Assembly: GCA_934098565.1 (NCBI GenBank)
Contig: CAKOON010000005.1
Coordinates: 32,066-96,065, forward strand
From: an uncultured Bacilli bacterium
Lineage (GTDB): Bacteria > Bacillota_I > Bacilli_A > RF39 > UBA660
Direction of reading: 5' to 3'
DNA: 64,000 nucleotides
Part shown: one piece after another, positions 39,170 through 47,723 of the stretch
Position numbering within the stretch: position 1 is the stretch's first letter
Layout of the letters: each line of letters starts with the position of its first letter
The notes under the pieces: model-generated
The model's input: the letters and a program-made list of their open reading frames with translations, nothing else
Database searches by the model: none
Told to the model about the DNA's origin: nothing
Translations under genes and position numbers: made by a program

Positions 39170-39907
39170 ATGAAAAATAATATTGAAAAGCTAAAGAAAG
39201 AAATCTACAAAATTCAATGTAAAAATTGGATTAAAAACACAGAAAAAGGTACTAGTTCGGCTGGTAAAATTTTAGAAAACCTGCTGGGTAAAGAGGACGA
39301 TAATTTTATTATAGCTGATTATCAAGGAATCGAATTAAAAACGAAGTTACAAAACAGCGAACCATATATCGGACTTTTCTCGATGGTGCCAGATAATCGA
39401 CCATTGATATTAAAAGAGATTTTAAATAAATATGGGTGGCCAAGCAAAAAAGATAGAAGATATAAAGTATTTTTTGGAAAAATAACTGGTAAAAAGGTTA
39501 ATAAAATAGGTTTATTTAACGATTTTAAATTAGAAGTTGATAATGAAAGCCAAGTGATATGGCTACTAATTAAAAATAAATATAATGGTTACATAAATAA
39601 AACAATTTCTTGGTCATATGAACAATTAAAAAATCGGTTGAAAATGAAATTATCTTACTTAGCTATCATTCCAGTTGATAAAAAGTATTATGGAGAAGAA
39701 AGTTATTTTAAATATCATAATCCCCAAATATATAGCTTTAAAAATTTTGAGACTTTCTTAAAATTAATCCAAGATGGTACGATTAGAGTCAATATGAAAG
39801 TAAGCTTTTATACCTCCCAAGACCGTTACGGCAAAATACAAGATAAAGGTACCACTTTTGAGATAAAAGAAGAAGATATTGAAAAATTATTTACTAAAAT
39901 AGAATAG
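39170..39907 (+). CDS. MutH/Sau3AI-fold endonuclease of the MvaI/BcnI type
   Basis: 245 aa. GTSSAGKILENLLGKEDDNFIIADYQGIELKTK parallels E. coli MutH GWIGVLLEIWLG...DFAALGVELKTI, giving the helix-G..LE..LG then D-x4-E-x-K catalytic motif. It has its own extended -10 element, TGTTAAAAT, at 39104-39112. Confidence 0.7.
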   Translation: MKNNIEKLKKEIYKIQCKNWIKNTEKGTSSAGKILENLLGKEDDNFIIADYQGIELKTKLQNSEPYIGLFSMVPDNRPLILKEILNKYGWPSKKDRRYKVFFGKITGKKVNKIGLFNDFKLEVDNESQVIWLLIKNKYNGYINKTISWSYEQLKNRLKMKLSYLAIIPVDKKYYGEESYFKYHNPQIYSFKNFETFLKLIQDGTIRVNMKVSFYTSQDRYGKIQDKGTTFEIKEEDIEKLFTKIE

Positions 39908-39910
39908 CAA

Positions 39911-39962
39911 AAATAGTCATAAGACTCACCATAATGATGAATTTTATGACTATTTATTTTTT
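39911..39962 (+). terminator. Terminator after the endonuclease gene
   Basis: AAATAGTCATAA (39911-39922) pairs with TTATGACTATTT (39944-39955), followed by ATTTTTT. Confidence 0.7.
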
Positions 39963-40028
39963 CATTTTTTTCGTATTTATTAATTACTTATTATATAATT
40001 TTTTTAGTTGTTATTGTTCTTTAAAATA

Positions 40029-40068
40029 AGCACAGATTGGGTAGTGCACTTGTTTGAGGCCAGGAGGG
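40029..40068 (+). pseudogene. Degenerate partial tRNA-Pro copy (D-arm to anticodon-arm), inverted relative to the intact gene
   Basis: AGCACAGATTGGGTAGTGCACTTGTTTGAGGCCAGGAGGG aligns with tRNA-Pro positions about 8-48 (AGCACAGCTTGGTAGTGCACCTGGTTTGGGACCAGGGGG) at about 85% identity. It has no acceptor or T arm. Confidence 0.6.
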
Positions 40069-40111
40069 ATAAAAAAATACCGTAATAGATACGATATTAA
40101 TAAACAATAAA

Positions 40112-40188
40112 TGGTCGGGAAGACAGGATTCGAACCTGCGACCCCCTGGTCCCAAACCAGGTGCACTACCAAGCTGTGCTACTTCCCG
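40112..40188 (-). tRNA. tRNA-Pro (anticodon UGG)
   Basis: I folded the cloverleaf by hand. The acceptor is CGGGAAG/CTTCCCG, the D stem GCAC/GTGC, the anticodon stem CCTGG/CCAGG with loop TTTGGGA, and the T loop TTCGAAT. CCA is encoded. Confidence 0.95.
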
Positions 40189-40195
40189 AAATACG

Positions 40196-40272
40196 TGGTG
40201 CGCCCAAAGGGAGTCGAACCCCTAACCTTTAGATCCGTAGTCTAACGCTCTATCCAATTGCGCTATGGGTGC
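40196..40272 (-). tRNA. tRNA-Arg (anticodon ACG)
   Basis: The anticodon stem is TTAGA/TCTAA with loop CTACGGA, and the T arm is AGGGG-TTCGACT-CCCTT. CCA is encoded. There are two stem mismatches, A3:C70 and G12:A23. Confidence 0.85.
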
Positions 40273-40349
40273 ATAAACTTCCAACGCAATATAATTGTAT
40301 AATTAATCAGCAAAAAAAGCAAGTTTTTTCTTACTTTTTCCTGATTTTT

Positions 40350-41123
40350 TTAATCTTTTTTGCTATTTTCTAATTTTTCTAAGGTTTTATCTAAAATTTT
40401 CAGGTCATTATTATTCAAAGTTTTAAAATTTTCTTCTAGAATGGAAGTCTGAATATTTAAAGCTTTTATTTGTTCTTTAGCAGTTCGTTTAGTTAAATTA
40501 TTAATTTTAATTAAACTTTCCATAAGACTATTTTTTAATTTTTTTTCATCAAGGTAATAAAGTTCACGATATATCTGATATTTTTTAGTTTGCGGCTCAT
40601 CTATTTTAGTCATCTTAACAATATAAGAGTCAGTACGAGGCTCGATATCAAAAGATTTAGGAGGCACTTCAAGAAAAATTTCAGTAGTAAAAAAGCTATT
40701 GGTAATAACACTTAACTTCGTAATACTTTGATTAACAACATTTAAAACATAGTTAGAACCCATTAACATATACATTTCATCAAAATCGATATTAATCATC
40801 TTATAGATAAAAGGCTCAATAATACTATAGGGAAGCGAAGTAATTATTTTATTAACTTTAGGTATTGTAACGTCTAAAACGCTTCCCCAAATAATTTCTA
40901 AATTTGGGATTGTTTCTAGATATGGTTTTAATCTCTTATCGAGTTCAATAGCATACATCTTTCTTACTTTAGGAGCAATTATTTTAGTTAAAGTACCCTT
41001 ACCAGGGCCAATTTCCAAGACAATATCGTTTTTATTAAATTTAGGAAAATCTATATACTTTTTAATAATATCTTCATCTATTAAAAAGTGTTGGTCTAAG
41101 TAGTTTGTATCATTTTTAAACAT
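40350..41123 (-). CDS. KsgA/Erm-family rRNA adenine methyltransferase-like protein (divergent)
   Basis: QHFLIDEDII..VLEIGPGKGTLT (motif I), AIELD, and LSVITNSFF..LEVPPKSFDIEPRTDSYIV are collinear with KsgA. Catalytic motif IV reads SLPY instead of N(L/I)PY. 257 aa. Confidence 0.65.
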   Translation of the reverse strand: MFKNDTNYLDQHFLIDEDIIKKYIDFPKFNKNDIVLEIGPGKGTLTKIIAPKVRKMYAIELDKRLKPYLETIPNLEIIWGSVLDVTIPKVNKIITSLPYSIIEPFIYKMINIDFDEMYMLMGSNYVLNVVNQSITKLSVITNSFFTTEIFLEVPPKSFDIEPRTDSYIVKMTKIDEPQTKKYQIYRELYYLDEKKLKNSLMESLIKINNLTKRTAKEQIKALNIQTSILEENFKTLNNNDLKILDKTLEKLENSKKD

Positions 41124-41198
41124 AAAATCTCCTCCACTGCCCTTTATTATAAAAGAAAAGAACCATTATTGCAAACAATGATTCTTAAAATCTTAAAT

Positions 41199-43388
41199 TT
41201 ATTTTTTAAATTGCGAATTATAAAGATCAGCATAAAAACCATTTTTCTTCATTAATTCTTCGTGAGTGCCTTGTTCAATGATATTACCTTCGTTCATAAC
41301 TAAAATTAAGTTAGCATTTTTAATCGTCGATAAACGGTGCGCAATTATAAATGATGTACGCCCTTCCATTAATTTATCCATAGCTTTTTGAACTAACTCT
41401 TCAGTTCTCGTATCGACGTTAGAAGTTGCCTCATCTAAAATTAGAAATGGCGCATTTTCAATCATACCACGAGCAATGGTAAGTAACTGCTTTTGACCGC
41501 CACTAATGGAGTCATTTTCCCCAAGCACATAATCTAAGCCACCTGGTAAAGTTTTAATAAAATGATCAACGCCGACAATCTTACAAGCCGCCCAAATTTC
41601 TTCATCGGTAACATTTTCTTGATTAAACTTGATATTATCACGAATTGAGCCTTCAAATAACCAAGTATCTTGTAAAACCATGATAAATAAATCATGAATG
41701 TTTTTGCGAGTTAAATCTTTAGTAGATATACCATCAATTAAAATATTACCAGAATTTATTTCATAAAATTTCATTAGCAAGTTAACCATGGTTGTTTTAC
41801 CAGCCCCAGTCGGACCAACAATAGCAATCTTTTCTCCAGGATGAGCACTAGCAGAGAAATCCTTAATAATTAAACGAGAGTCATCATAACCAAATTTAAC
41901 ATTTTTAAATTCAATATTACCTTTAACTTGAGATTTATCTAAAATTTTAGTTTTATCACTTTCATTAGCCATTTCTTTTTCATCTAAAAATTCAAAGACA
42001 CGTTCTGAAGCGGCAGCGGTTGTTTGAAGAGAAGTCATAGCTTGAGCAATTTGAGAAAGTGGATTAGTAAATAAGCGAACATAAATCATAAAAGCTACAA
42101 TTACGCCGAAAGTTATATGGCCTTTCATGGCTAATAAAGCTCCTACAATACAAACCATAACATACCCAAAGTTACCAATAAAGCCCATCATAGGTTGCAT
42201 AAGACCGGATAAGAATTGACTTTTTTTATTACATTCACGTAAACGGCTGTTTAATTCATCAAAAGTCTTGGTAACTTCAGCCTTAGCATTATAGCACTCT
42301 ACAACATTATGACCACTATAAATTTCTTCAATATGGCCATTAATATTGCCTAATTCTTCTTGACGAGCAATAAAATACTTCTGGGATTTTTTAAGAATTG
42401 ATATCATGAAAGCAAAACCAAATAAAGTAGATAAAATTGCTGTTAGAGCCATTACCCAGTTAGTAGCAAACATCATGATAATTGAACCTACAAACAAAGT
42501 AAGGGAACTAATTAAAGTCGCTAAACTCTGATTTAAATTTTGAGCAATAGTATCGACATCATTAGTAACACGACTTAGAATATCCCCTATTTCATGGGAA
42601 TCAAAGAATTTTAATGGCAATTTATTAATTTTAACCGAAATTCTAGTTCTTAAATCTTTAGCAAAACCATTAGATATAGTAGTCATAGAATAACTTTGTA
42701 TATAGCCAAAGATGGCACTTAATAAATATAAGCAAACCAAAGTAATAATAATTTTTTTAGCGGCTTCTAAATCCATGTTAGGTTTAACTAAATTATAAAT
42801 AGATTCGGGTAAATTATCCATTACTTTTAAAGTATCATCAGTTACCATACTAGCATCAATATCAATTACACTTTTTAAAAAAGTAATTTCATCTTCAGAA
42901 CTGATTTTAACTCCGTTAACCTCAATATCATCTACTAAAACTTGCAAAACGCTACTTGGTAAGTTAAGAATAGTTTTAAGCATTTCTTTATTATCAGAAA
43001 CATTTTCACCACTAGGAGTCTCTTTATTAGTGGCCTCTTGCATTTTATTTAAGAAGGTTTGATAAGTTGTCTTATCTTCAATACTTATATCCTCACTAGT
43101 AAGAATAAGCATAGTTTTTTCACTCATAGCCTCGCCACTAAAGTTATCGGTAATTTTAGTAACAACTTCTTGTAAGACCTCGGTATTAGGCCTAATACCG
43201 CTAGTTATAACATCAGTTAAACTAGATAATTTATTAGGAGCCGAAAGGGAAAGGATAGCTGATGAGAAAGCTAGGATAATAGCGATAGTCATTAAGACTT
43301 TCCAAGGTTTTAAATTAGATAGCAATCTTTTAATAGAACCAACGAAATCTTTAGATTTTTCATTTGCAGCATGCATAGGTCTAGGCAT
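41199..43388 (-). CDS. ABC exporter permease/ATPase subunit (consensus nucleotide-binding site)
   Basis: Walker A GPTGAGKTT, signature ISGGQKQL and Walker B FLILDEATSNVD are present. 729 aa, with an extracytoplasmic insert of about 150 aa after TM1. Confidence 0.9.
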   Translation of the reverse strand: MPRPMHAANEKSKDFVGSIKRLLSNLKPWKVLMTIAIILAFSSAILSLSAPNKLSSLTDVITSGIRPNTEVLQEVVTKITDNFSGEAMSEKTMLILTSEDISIEDKTTYQTFLNKMQEATNKETPSGENVSDNKEMLKTILNLPSSVLQVLVDDIEVNGVKISSEDEITFLKSVIDIDASMVTDDTLKVMDNLPESIYNLVKPNMDLEAAKKIIITLVCLYLLSAIFGYIQSYSMTTISNGFAKDLRTRISVKINKLPLKFFDSHEIGDILSRVTNDVDTIAQNLNQSLATLISSLTLFVGSIIMMFATNWVMALTAILSTLFGFAFMISILKKSQKYFIARQEELGNINGHIEEIYSGHNVVECYNAKAEVTKTFDELNSRLRECNKKSQFLSGLMQPMMGFIGNFGYVMVCIVGALLAMKGHITFGVIVAFMIYVRLFTNPLSQIAQAMTSLQTTAAASERVFEFLDEKEMANESDKTKILDKSQVKGNIEFKNVKFGYDDSRLIIKDFSASAHPGEKIAIVGPTGAGKTTMVNLLMKFYEINSGNILIDGISTKDLTRKNIHDLFIMVLQDTWLFEGSIRDNIKFNQENVTDEEIWAACKIVGVDHFIKTLPGGLDYVLGENDSISGGQKQLLTIARGMIENAPFLILDEATSNVDTRTEELVQKAMDKLMEGRTSFIIAHRLSTIKNANLILVMNEGNIIEQGTHEELMKKNGFYADLYNSQFKK

Positions 43389-45141
43389 TTTCTAACTCCT
43401 CCTTTGATAATTGTGATAAAGCTATTTCTTTATAGACTTCACAATTTTTTAATAATTCTTGATGAGTACCAATGCCAACACAAGTTCCTTTATCTAAAAC
43501 CACTATTTTATCGGCATTGATAATAGTACCAATTCTTTGGGCTACTATCATACTCGTAGCATCTTTGGTATATTTTTTTAGTTTGCTTCTTAGCGTTGCA
43601 TCAGTCTTATAATCTAGAGCTGAAAATGAATCATCAAAAATATAAATTTCTGGATCACGGGCAATGCTTCTGGCAATGGCTAGGCGCTGTTTTTGGCCAC
43701 CTGAGACATTAGTGCCACCACGGGCAATGTGAGCATCAAGCCCTCCTTCCATTTTAGATACAAATTCGCTGGCTTGGGCTATTTCCACAGCCTCCCTAAC
43801 CTTTTTAACACTAGGTTTTTGGCCATTTTTAGTACCGTAAGCAACATTGCTCTTAACTGTACCAGTAAACATAACGGCTTTTTGAGGAATATATCCTAAT
43901 TTATTATGAAGTTCTTCTAAAGAGTAATTTTTAACATTAACGCCGTCTACTAAAACTTCACCGTCAGTTGCATCATAAAATCTTGGTACTAAGTTAATAA
44001 GACTACTCTTACCAGAACCAGTCGAACCGATAAAAGCAATCGTCTCGCCTTTCTTTACTTTAAAGGAAATGTTACGAAGTAAGTATTCATCGGCATCGGG
44101 ATATTTAAAGGATACATTTCTAAACTCAACGGTTCCAACCTCAGTAGGTTTAATATCATTTTTACCATCTTCGATGCTAATTTCACAATCTAAAACCTCG
44201 TTAATACGACGAGCTGAAATTTGAGCACGGGGCCACATCATAAAGATCATTGCAAGCATTAAGAATGACATAATAACTTGCATTCCATAACTTGAGAAAA
44301 TGACCATATCACTAAACAAACTGATTTTAACACTAATTAAAGCATTACTTATTAAATAAGTACCAATGGCATAAATTCCTAGAGTTAGACCATTCATAAC
44401 TAGCATCATAATAGGATTTAAAATAGCAAAACACTTTTGATTAAATAATTGCATATTGGTTAAATCAGTATTTACTTTTTCAAAGCGATTTTCTTGATAA
44501 TTTTCTGCATTAAAGGCTCTTATAACCCGAATACCAGTAATAGATTCTCGGGTAACATTATTAATTTTATCAATAAGTTTTTGAACTTTTTCAAATCTTG
44601 GTAAAACAATTAACATTAAGCCAATAACTACGCATAGTAAAACAACGACGCAACCAGCGGTTAGCATACTCCATTCAATCGACTTATTTAAAATTTTAGT
44701 AATAGCCCATACGGCCATAATTGGGGCTTTAATCATCAATTGTAAACCAATAGATATAAGCATTTCTAATTGAGTAATATCATTGGTTGTACGGGTAATT
44801 AAACTACTAGTTTGAAATTGTTTAACTTCAGCTGTACTTAAATTTAAAACTTTATTATAAACTTTACTTCTTAAAGTACAAGAAAAATTGGCTGATAAGT
44901 TACTGGCTAAGAAACCAACGATACAAGCCGATACTAACGAGCCAAAAGCACAAAGAAGCATATAACCACCTTGTTTTAATATATCGGCCATCGCCGCCCC
45001 GTCAGTTTGAACTAGTCTTGTAATAGCGGACATATAATCTGGCAATTTTAAATCTAACCAGACTTGGAAAACTACTAAAATAACGCTTATAATTATTAGA
45101 CCTATATCTTTTTTGGTAAAATTTTTAAATAATTTAAACAT
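43381..45141 (-). CDS. ABC exporter permease/ATPase subunit (degenerate nucleotide-binding site)
   Basis: Walker A GSTGSGKSS and signature VSGGQKQR are present. Walker B reads IYIFDDSFSALD, with Asp in place of the catalytic Glu, which is typical of the asymmetric partner in heterodimeric exporters. It overlaps both neighbours by 8 nt. Confidence 0.9.
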   Translation of the reverse strand: MFKLFKNFTKKDIGLIIISVILVVFQVWLDLKLPDYMSAITRLVQTDGAAMADILKQGGYMLLCAFGSLVSACIVGFLASNLSANFSCTLRSKVYNKVLNLSTAEVKQFQTSSLITRTTNDITQLEMLISIGLQLMIKAPIMAVWAITKILNKSIEWSMLTAGCVVVLLCVVIGLMLIVLPRFEKVQKLIDKINNVTRESITGIRVIRAFNAENYQENRFEKVNTDLTNMQLFNQKCFAILNPIMMLVMNGLTLGIYAIGTYLISNALISVKISLFSDMVIFSSYGMQVIMSFLMLAMIFMMWPRAQISARRINEVLDCEISIEDGKNDIKPTEVGTVEFRNVSFKYPDADEYLLRNISFKVKKGETIAFIGSTGSGKSSLINLVPRFYDATDGEVLVDGVNVKNYSLEELHNKLGYIPQKAVMFTGTVKSNVAYGTKNGQKPSVKKVREAVEIAQASEFVSKMEGGLDAHIARGGTNVSGGQKQRLAIARSIARDPEIYIFDDSFSALDYKTDATLRSKLKKYTKDATSMIVAQRIGTIINADKIVVLDKGTCVGIGTHQELLKNCEVYKEIALSQLSKEELENA

Positions 45142-45592
45142 CTTTTTTCCTCTCTTCTTCCATTAAATTTCCTTCCAATTTTTGGAGCAATCTAATTAAT
45201 TCATCTTTTTCTTCTTGGGTAAAATTTTGTTCTAAAAGACTTTCTAAATTTTTTAATTCAACAGATATTTTTTTAGTATTACTTACAAACGTTTTTGTAA
45301 GTTTAATTTCATTTTTTCTAGGATCATCACTGGCGACGTTTCTTATAACAATATTATTTTTCTCCATCGTAGTAAGAATCCCACTTACAGTTGAACGTCT
45401 TAAATTAAAGGCATCACAAATATCTTGTTGAAATATTTTTTTATTTTGATTTTTTAGTAAGTATTTCATAATCATAACTTGCACAGGACTTACTCGATGC
45501 TGGGCTTTTTTATTAAATTTATCTAAGATGTAACGTCCTATTAACTTTTCAGCATTAACAATATGATACCCAATAGAATTATTTTCTTGCAT
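45134..45592 (-). CDS. MarR-family transcriptional regulator
   Basis: 152 aa with the winged-helix region QQDICDAFNLRRSTVSGILTTMEKNNIVIR. It is the first gene of the ABC operon. Confidence 0.8.
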   Translation of the reverse strand: MQENNSIGYHIVNAEKLIGRYILDKFNKKAQHRVSPVQVMIMKYLLKNQNKKIFQQDICDAFNLRRSTVSGILTTMEKNNIVIRNVASDDPRKNEIKLTKTFVSNTKKISVELKNLESLLEQNFTQEEKDELIRLLQKLEGNLMEEERKKDV

Positions 45593-45604
45593 AATTTTAC
45601 CACC

Positions 45605-45655
45605 ATTGTTAGGAAACTAACAAAATAATTCTAACACCGCCAAAAAGATTAGTCA
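45605..45655 (-). promoter_or_regulatory. marR-ABC operon promoter with a palindromic operator
   Basis: On the minus strand: TTGACT (45655-45650), a 17-nt spacer, then TAGAAT (45632-45627). The perfect palindrome TTGTTAG-gaaa-CTAACAA (45605-45622) lies between the -10 element and the Shine-Dalgarno. Confidence 0.6.
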
Positions 45656-45706
45656 AACATTTTCCTAATCTTCACATAAATTTCATTTTTTACAAATTTC
45701 TTTTTC

Positions 45707-46489
45707 TTAATCTGTTTTTTCACTTATTAACTCGCTTAAAAAAACAATATTTAAATCTTTTGATTTTACATACTCTACTAAACAATCTAAGTAAGTTATA
45801 TCTTTTATGTAAATAATACTCCCACTACTTAAAGACGCTTTTACTTCGATAATATTAGTTTTATCTAAAAATAAATCTGGTTTTACTAAATATTTTTTCT
45901 TTTGTTTGCAAAAGTTTAAATTAGTATTATTACTATTTAAGATGCAAATATTAGTATTTTTTTTACTCTTTTTTAGCAATCTATCTAAGGCTTTATAGTT
46001 TTCAAAATCATTATTAATTTGTTCAAAATAATTCTTTTTTTGATAAGTATCTTTGGTAATCAGTAAGGAAGCTTTAATATTATGTTTTACTAAGTAATCT
46101 TTAATTTCTTTAGATGTATTATTATCAATAAGAAAACTAACACTATTTTTTCCTTTATTACCTCTTATAATGATTTTATCTAAGTTATCACTTAAAGAAA
46201 TGGCTGGTTTAACTGATTTAGTTACTAAATAAAGGTTATTAAAAGTATCCTGCTCTTTCATTTTGGCGAGACTTTTTAATTCATCTACAGTACTGCCATA
46301 CATCCCAGGAACAATATAATCATCGGTTATTTCAGCATTAACATAGTCGATTTTTCTTTCTTCTTTAGTAGTTCTAATCTCTTTTAAAATGGGGTCTTGT
46401 TCCCTAACGAGATTAGCAGTTTTATTAGTAGTGTAAAAACTTAAGAGAACTAAAATACTAAATACTAAGTATTTACCATATTTTTTCAT
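45707..46489 (-). CDS. N-terminally anchored protein, possibly a degenerate polysaccharide-deacetylase (NodB)-like fold
   Basis: 260 aa, with the TM helix YLVFSILVLLSFY. Its layout and C-terminus (IVFLSELISE) recall NodB proteins, but the catalytic DD and H..H motifs are absent. Confidence 0.3.
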   Translation of the reverse strand: MKKYGKYLVFSILVLLSFYTTNKTANLVREQDPILKEIRTTKEERKIDYVNAEITDDYIVPGMYGSTVDELKSLAKMKEQDTFNNLYLVTKSVKPAISLSDNLDKIIIRGNKGKNSVSFLIDNNTSKEIKDYLVKHNIKASLLITKDTYQKKNYFEQINNDFENYKALDRLLKKSKKNTNICILNSNNTNLNFCKQKKKYLVKPDLFLDKTNIIEVKASLSSGSIIYIKDITYLDCLVEYVKSKDLNIVFLSELISEKTD

Positions 46490-46557
46490 ATCATCACCTA
46501 GTAAAAGTATATTCCTAAGTATTAAAAAAAATCTAGTTTCCTAGATTTTGGGGTAGT

Positions 46558-46911
46558 TTAGCATATTTTAGACTTTAAAAGATCAATACCTCTTTTGGGG
46601 TCACTAATTAACATACTATAAACATTATGATTTTTTCGTAGTTCCGTCATAAAGTAAACTTCATCTTTCGTCATTGCAACAGCTTCATCTTTAGAGTCAG
46701 TTACTTTTACTAAAACGTCACTACCGATTAAGTAATCAGCGTCAACATTAAATATTTCGCATAATTTGATAATACTTTCTAAAGTTGGATTACGTAGTTC
46801 TCGTTCGTATAAACAAATAACGGATTTTTTAACACCAATTAATTCACCAAGTTGGCTTTGAGTTAAGCCTTTTTCTTTACGCAAGTTTTTTAATCTTTCA
46901 CCTTTTACCAT
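46558..46911 (-). CDS. XRE-family HTH transcriptional regulator
   Basis: LKNLRKEKGLTQSQLGELIGVKKSVICLYERELRNPTLESIIKLCEIFNV is a classic Cro/C1-type HTH. Confidence 0.85.
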   Translation of the reverse strand: MVKGERLKNLRKEKGLTQSQLGELIGVKKSVICLYERELRNPTLESIIKLCEIFNVDADYLIGSDVLVKVTDSKDEAVAMTKDEVYFMTELRKNHNVYSMLISDPKRGIDLLKSKIC

Positions 46912-47352
46912 AAACCCACCTGTTCTTCCTTTCGATAGTGATTAGTTTAGCATCTTTTTACTATTTGTCAAGAAAAAGTTTACGCAGAATAAAAAGAAAT
47001 CTCATCACGGGGTTTTATAAACAAATTACTCATGTGATATCATCTTAACAGATTGTTTCTAAAAAGTAAATCAAAAGATGATTAGTCCTGAAAAGTCTCT
47101 TAAATTTAAGACATATAAGAATTCCATAAATTATAGATTTTAAGAGGTATCATAATATATTTGGATTTATATTTTAATTATTTTTGGTTCTACATCATAA
47201 AGTAGTTTGAATGTCATATAGTAACTTCAATTTAATACGAAAGCTTCTTTACTGGACTGTAATTTTTACTTCATATATAAAGTAAGGAAAAAGCCCTTAT
47301 GACTTATTATATCTTAAGAATATATATAATATAATTTAAAAATTTTAGTAAG

Positions 47353-47376
47353 AAAAAAAGTGACTAGATTAGTCAC
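47353..47376 (-). terminator. Terminator overlapping the stop codon of the DinJ-like gene
   Basis: The minus-strand RNA is GUGACUA-AUC-UAGUCAC followed by U7. The stem includes the last codons and the TAA stop. Confidence 0.75.
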
Positions 47377-47608
47377 AGTTTTCGCAATCACAATCTTCGC
47401 AATCGCACTCTTTACAATGACAATCACAATCACAGTCGCAATCATCATCTTCAAAACCAATATGAAAAGGAATGCCCATATCACGTAACGATGCGGCTAA
47501 AAAGATATTAATGGCTGTTTCAGTATCTAAGCCTAAAGCATTAAATAAGTCATCACAAGCCTCTTTTAATTCCCTGTTTACTTTTACGTCAACAACTTCT
47601 TTCATCAA
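47369..47608 (-). CDS. RelB/DinJ-like ribbon-helix-helix protein with a C-terminal (Asp/Glu-Cys)n tail
   Basis: VDVKVNRELKEACDDLFNALGLDTETAINIFLAASLRDMGIPFHI fits the DinJ antitoxin pattern. The tail is DDDCDCDCDCHCKECDCEDCDCENCD, with 10 Cys in 26 aa. Confidence 0.6.
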   Translation of the reverse strand: MMKEVVDVKVNRELKEACDDLFNALGLDTETAINIFLAASLRDMGIPFHIGFEDDDCDCDCDCHCKECDCEDCDCENCD

Positions 47609-47723
47609 TAATCCTCCTTAGGAGTATTATATCCAATTTTCAAGAAAAATACTATTATTTTTTCCTAAAACTGACGAAGTTATGCTATACTATAACAAAT
47701 TTAAAGAAAGGGATTTAATTTAG

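Noticed and set aside
40350-41123. The KsgA/Erm-like methyltransferase as the cognate DNA methyltransferase of the orphan endonuclease.
   Set aside because: Its overall collinearity with rRNA dimethyladenosine transferases is strong. It is separated from the endonuclease gene by two tRNA genes and lies on the opposite strand. I keep this only as a remote possibility under the relevant finding.
46912-47368. A decayed RelE/YafQ toxin downstream of the DinJ-like gene.
   Set aside because: A terminator overlaps the DinJ-like stop codon. The 450-bp spacer shows no extended open frame or recognisable toxin motifs on visual inspection of the strand, though I did not run a formal three-frame translation.
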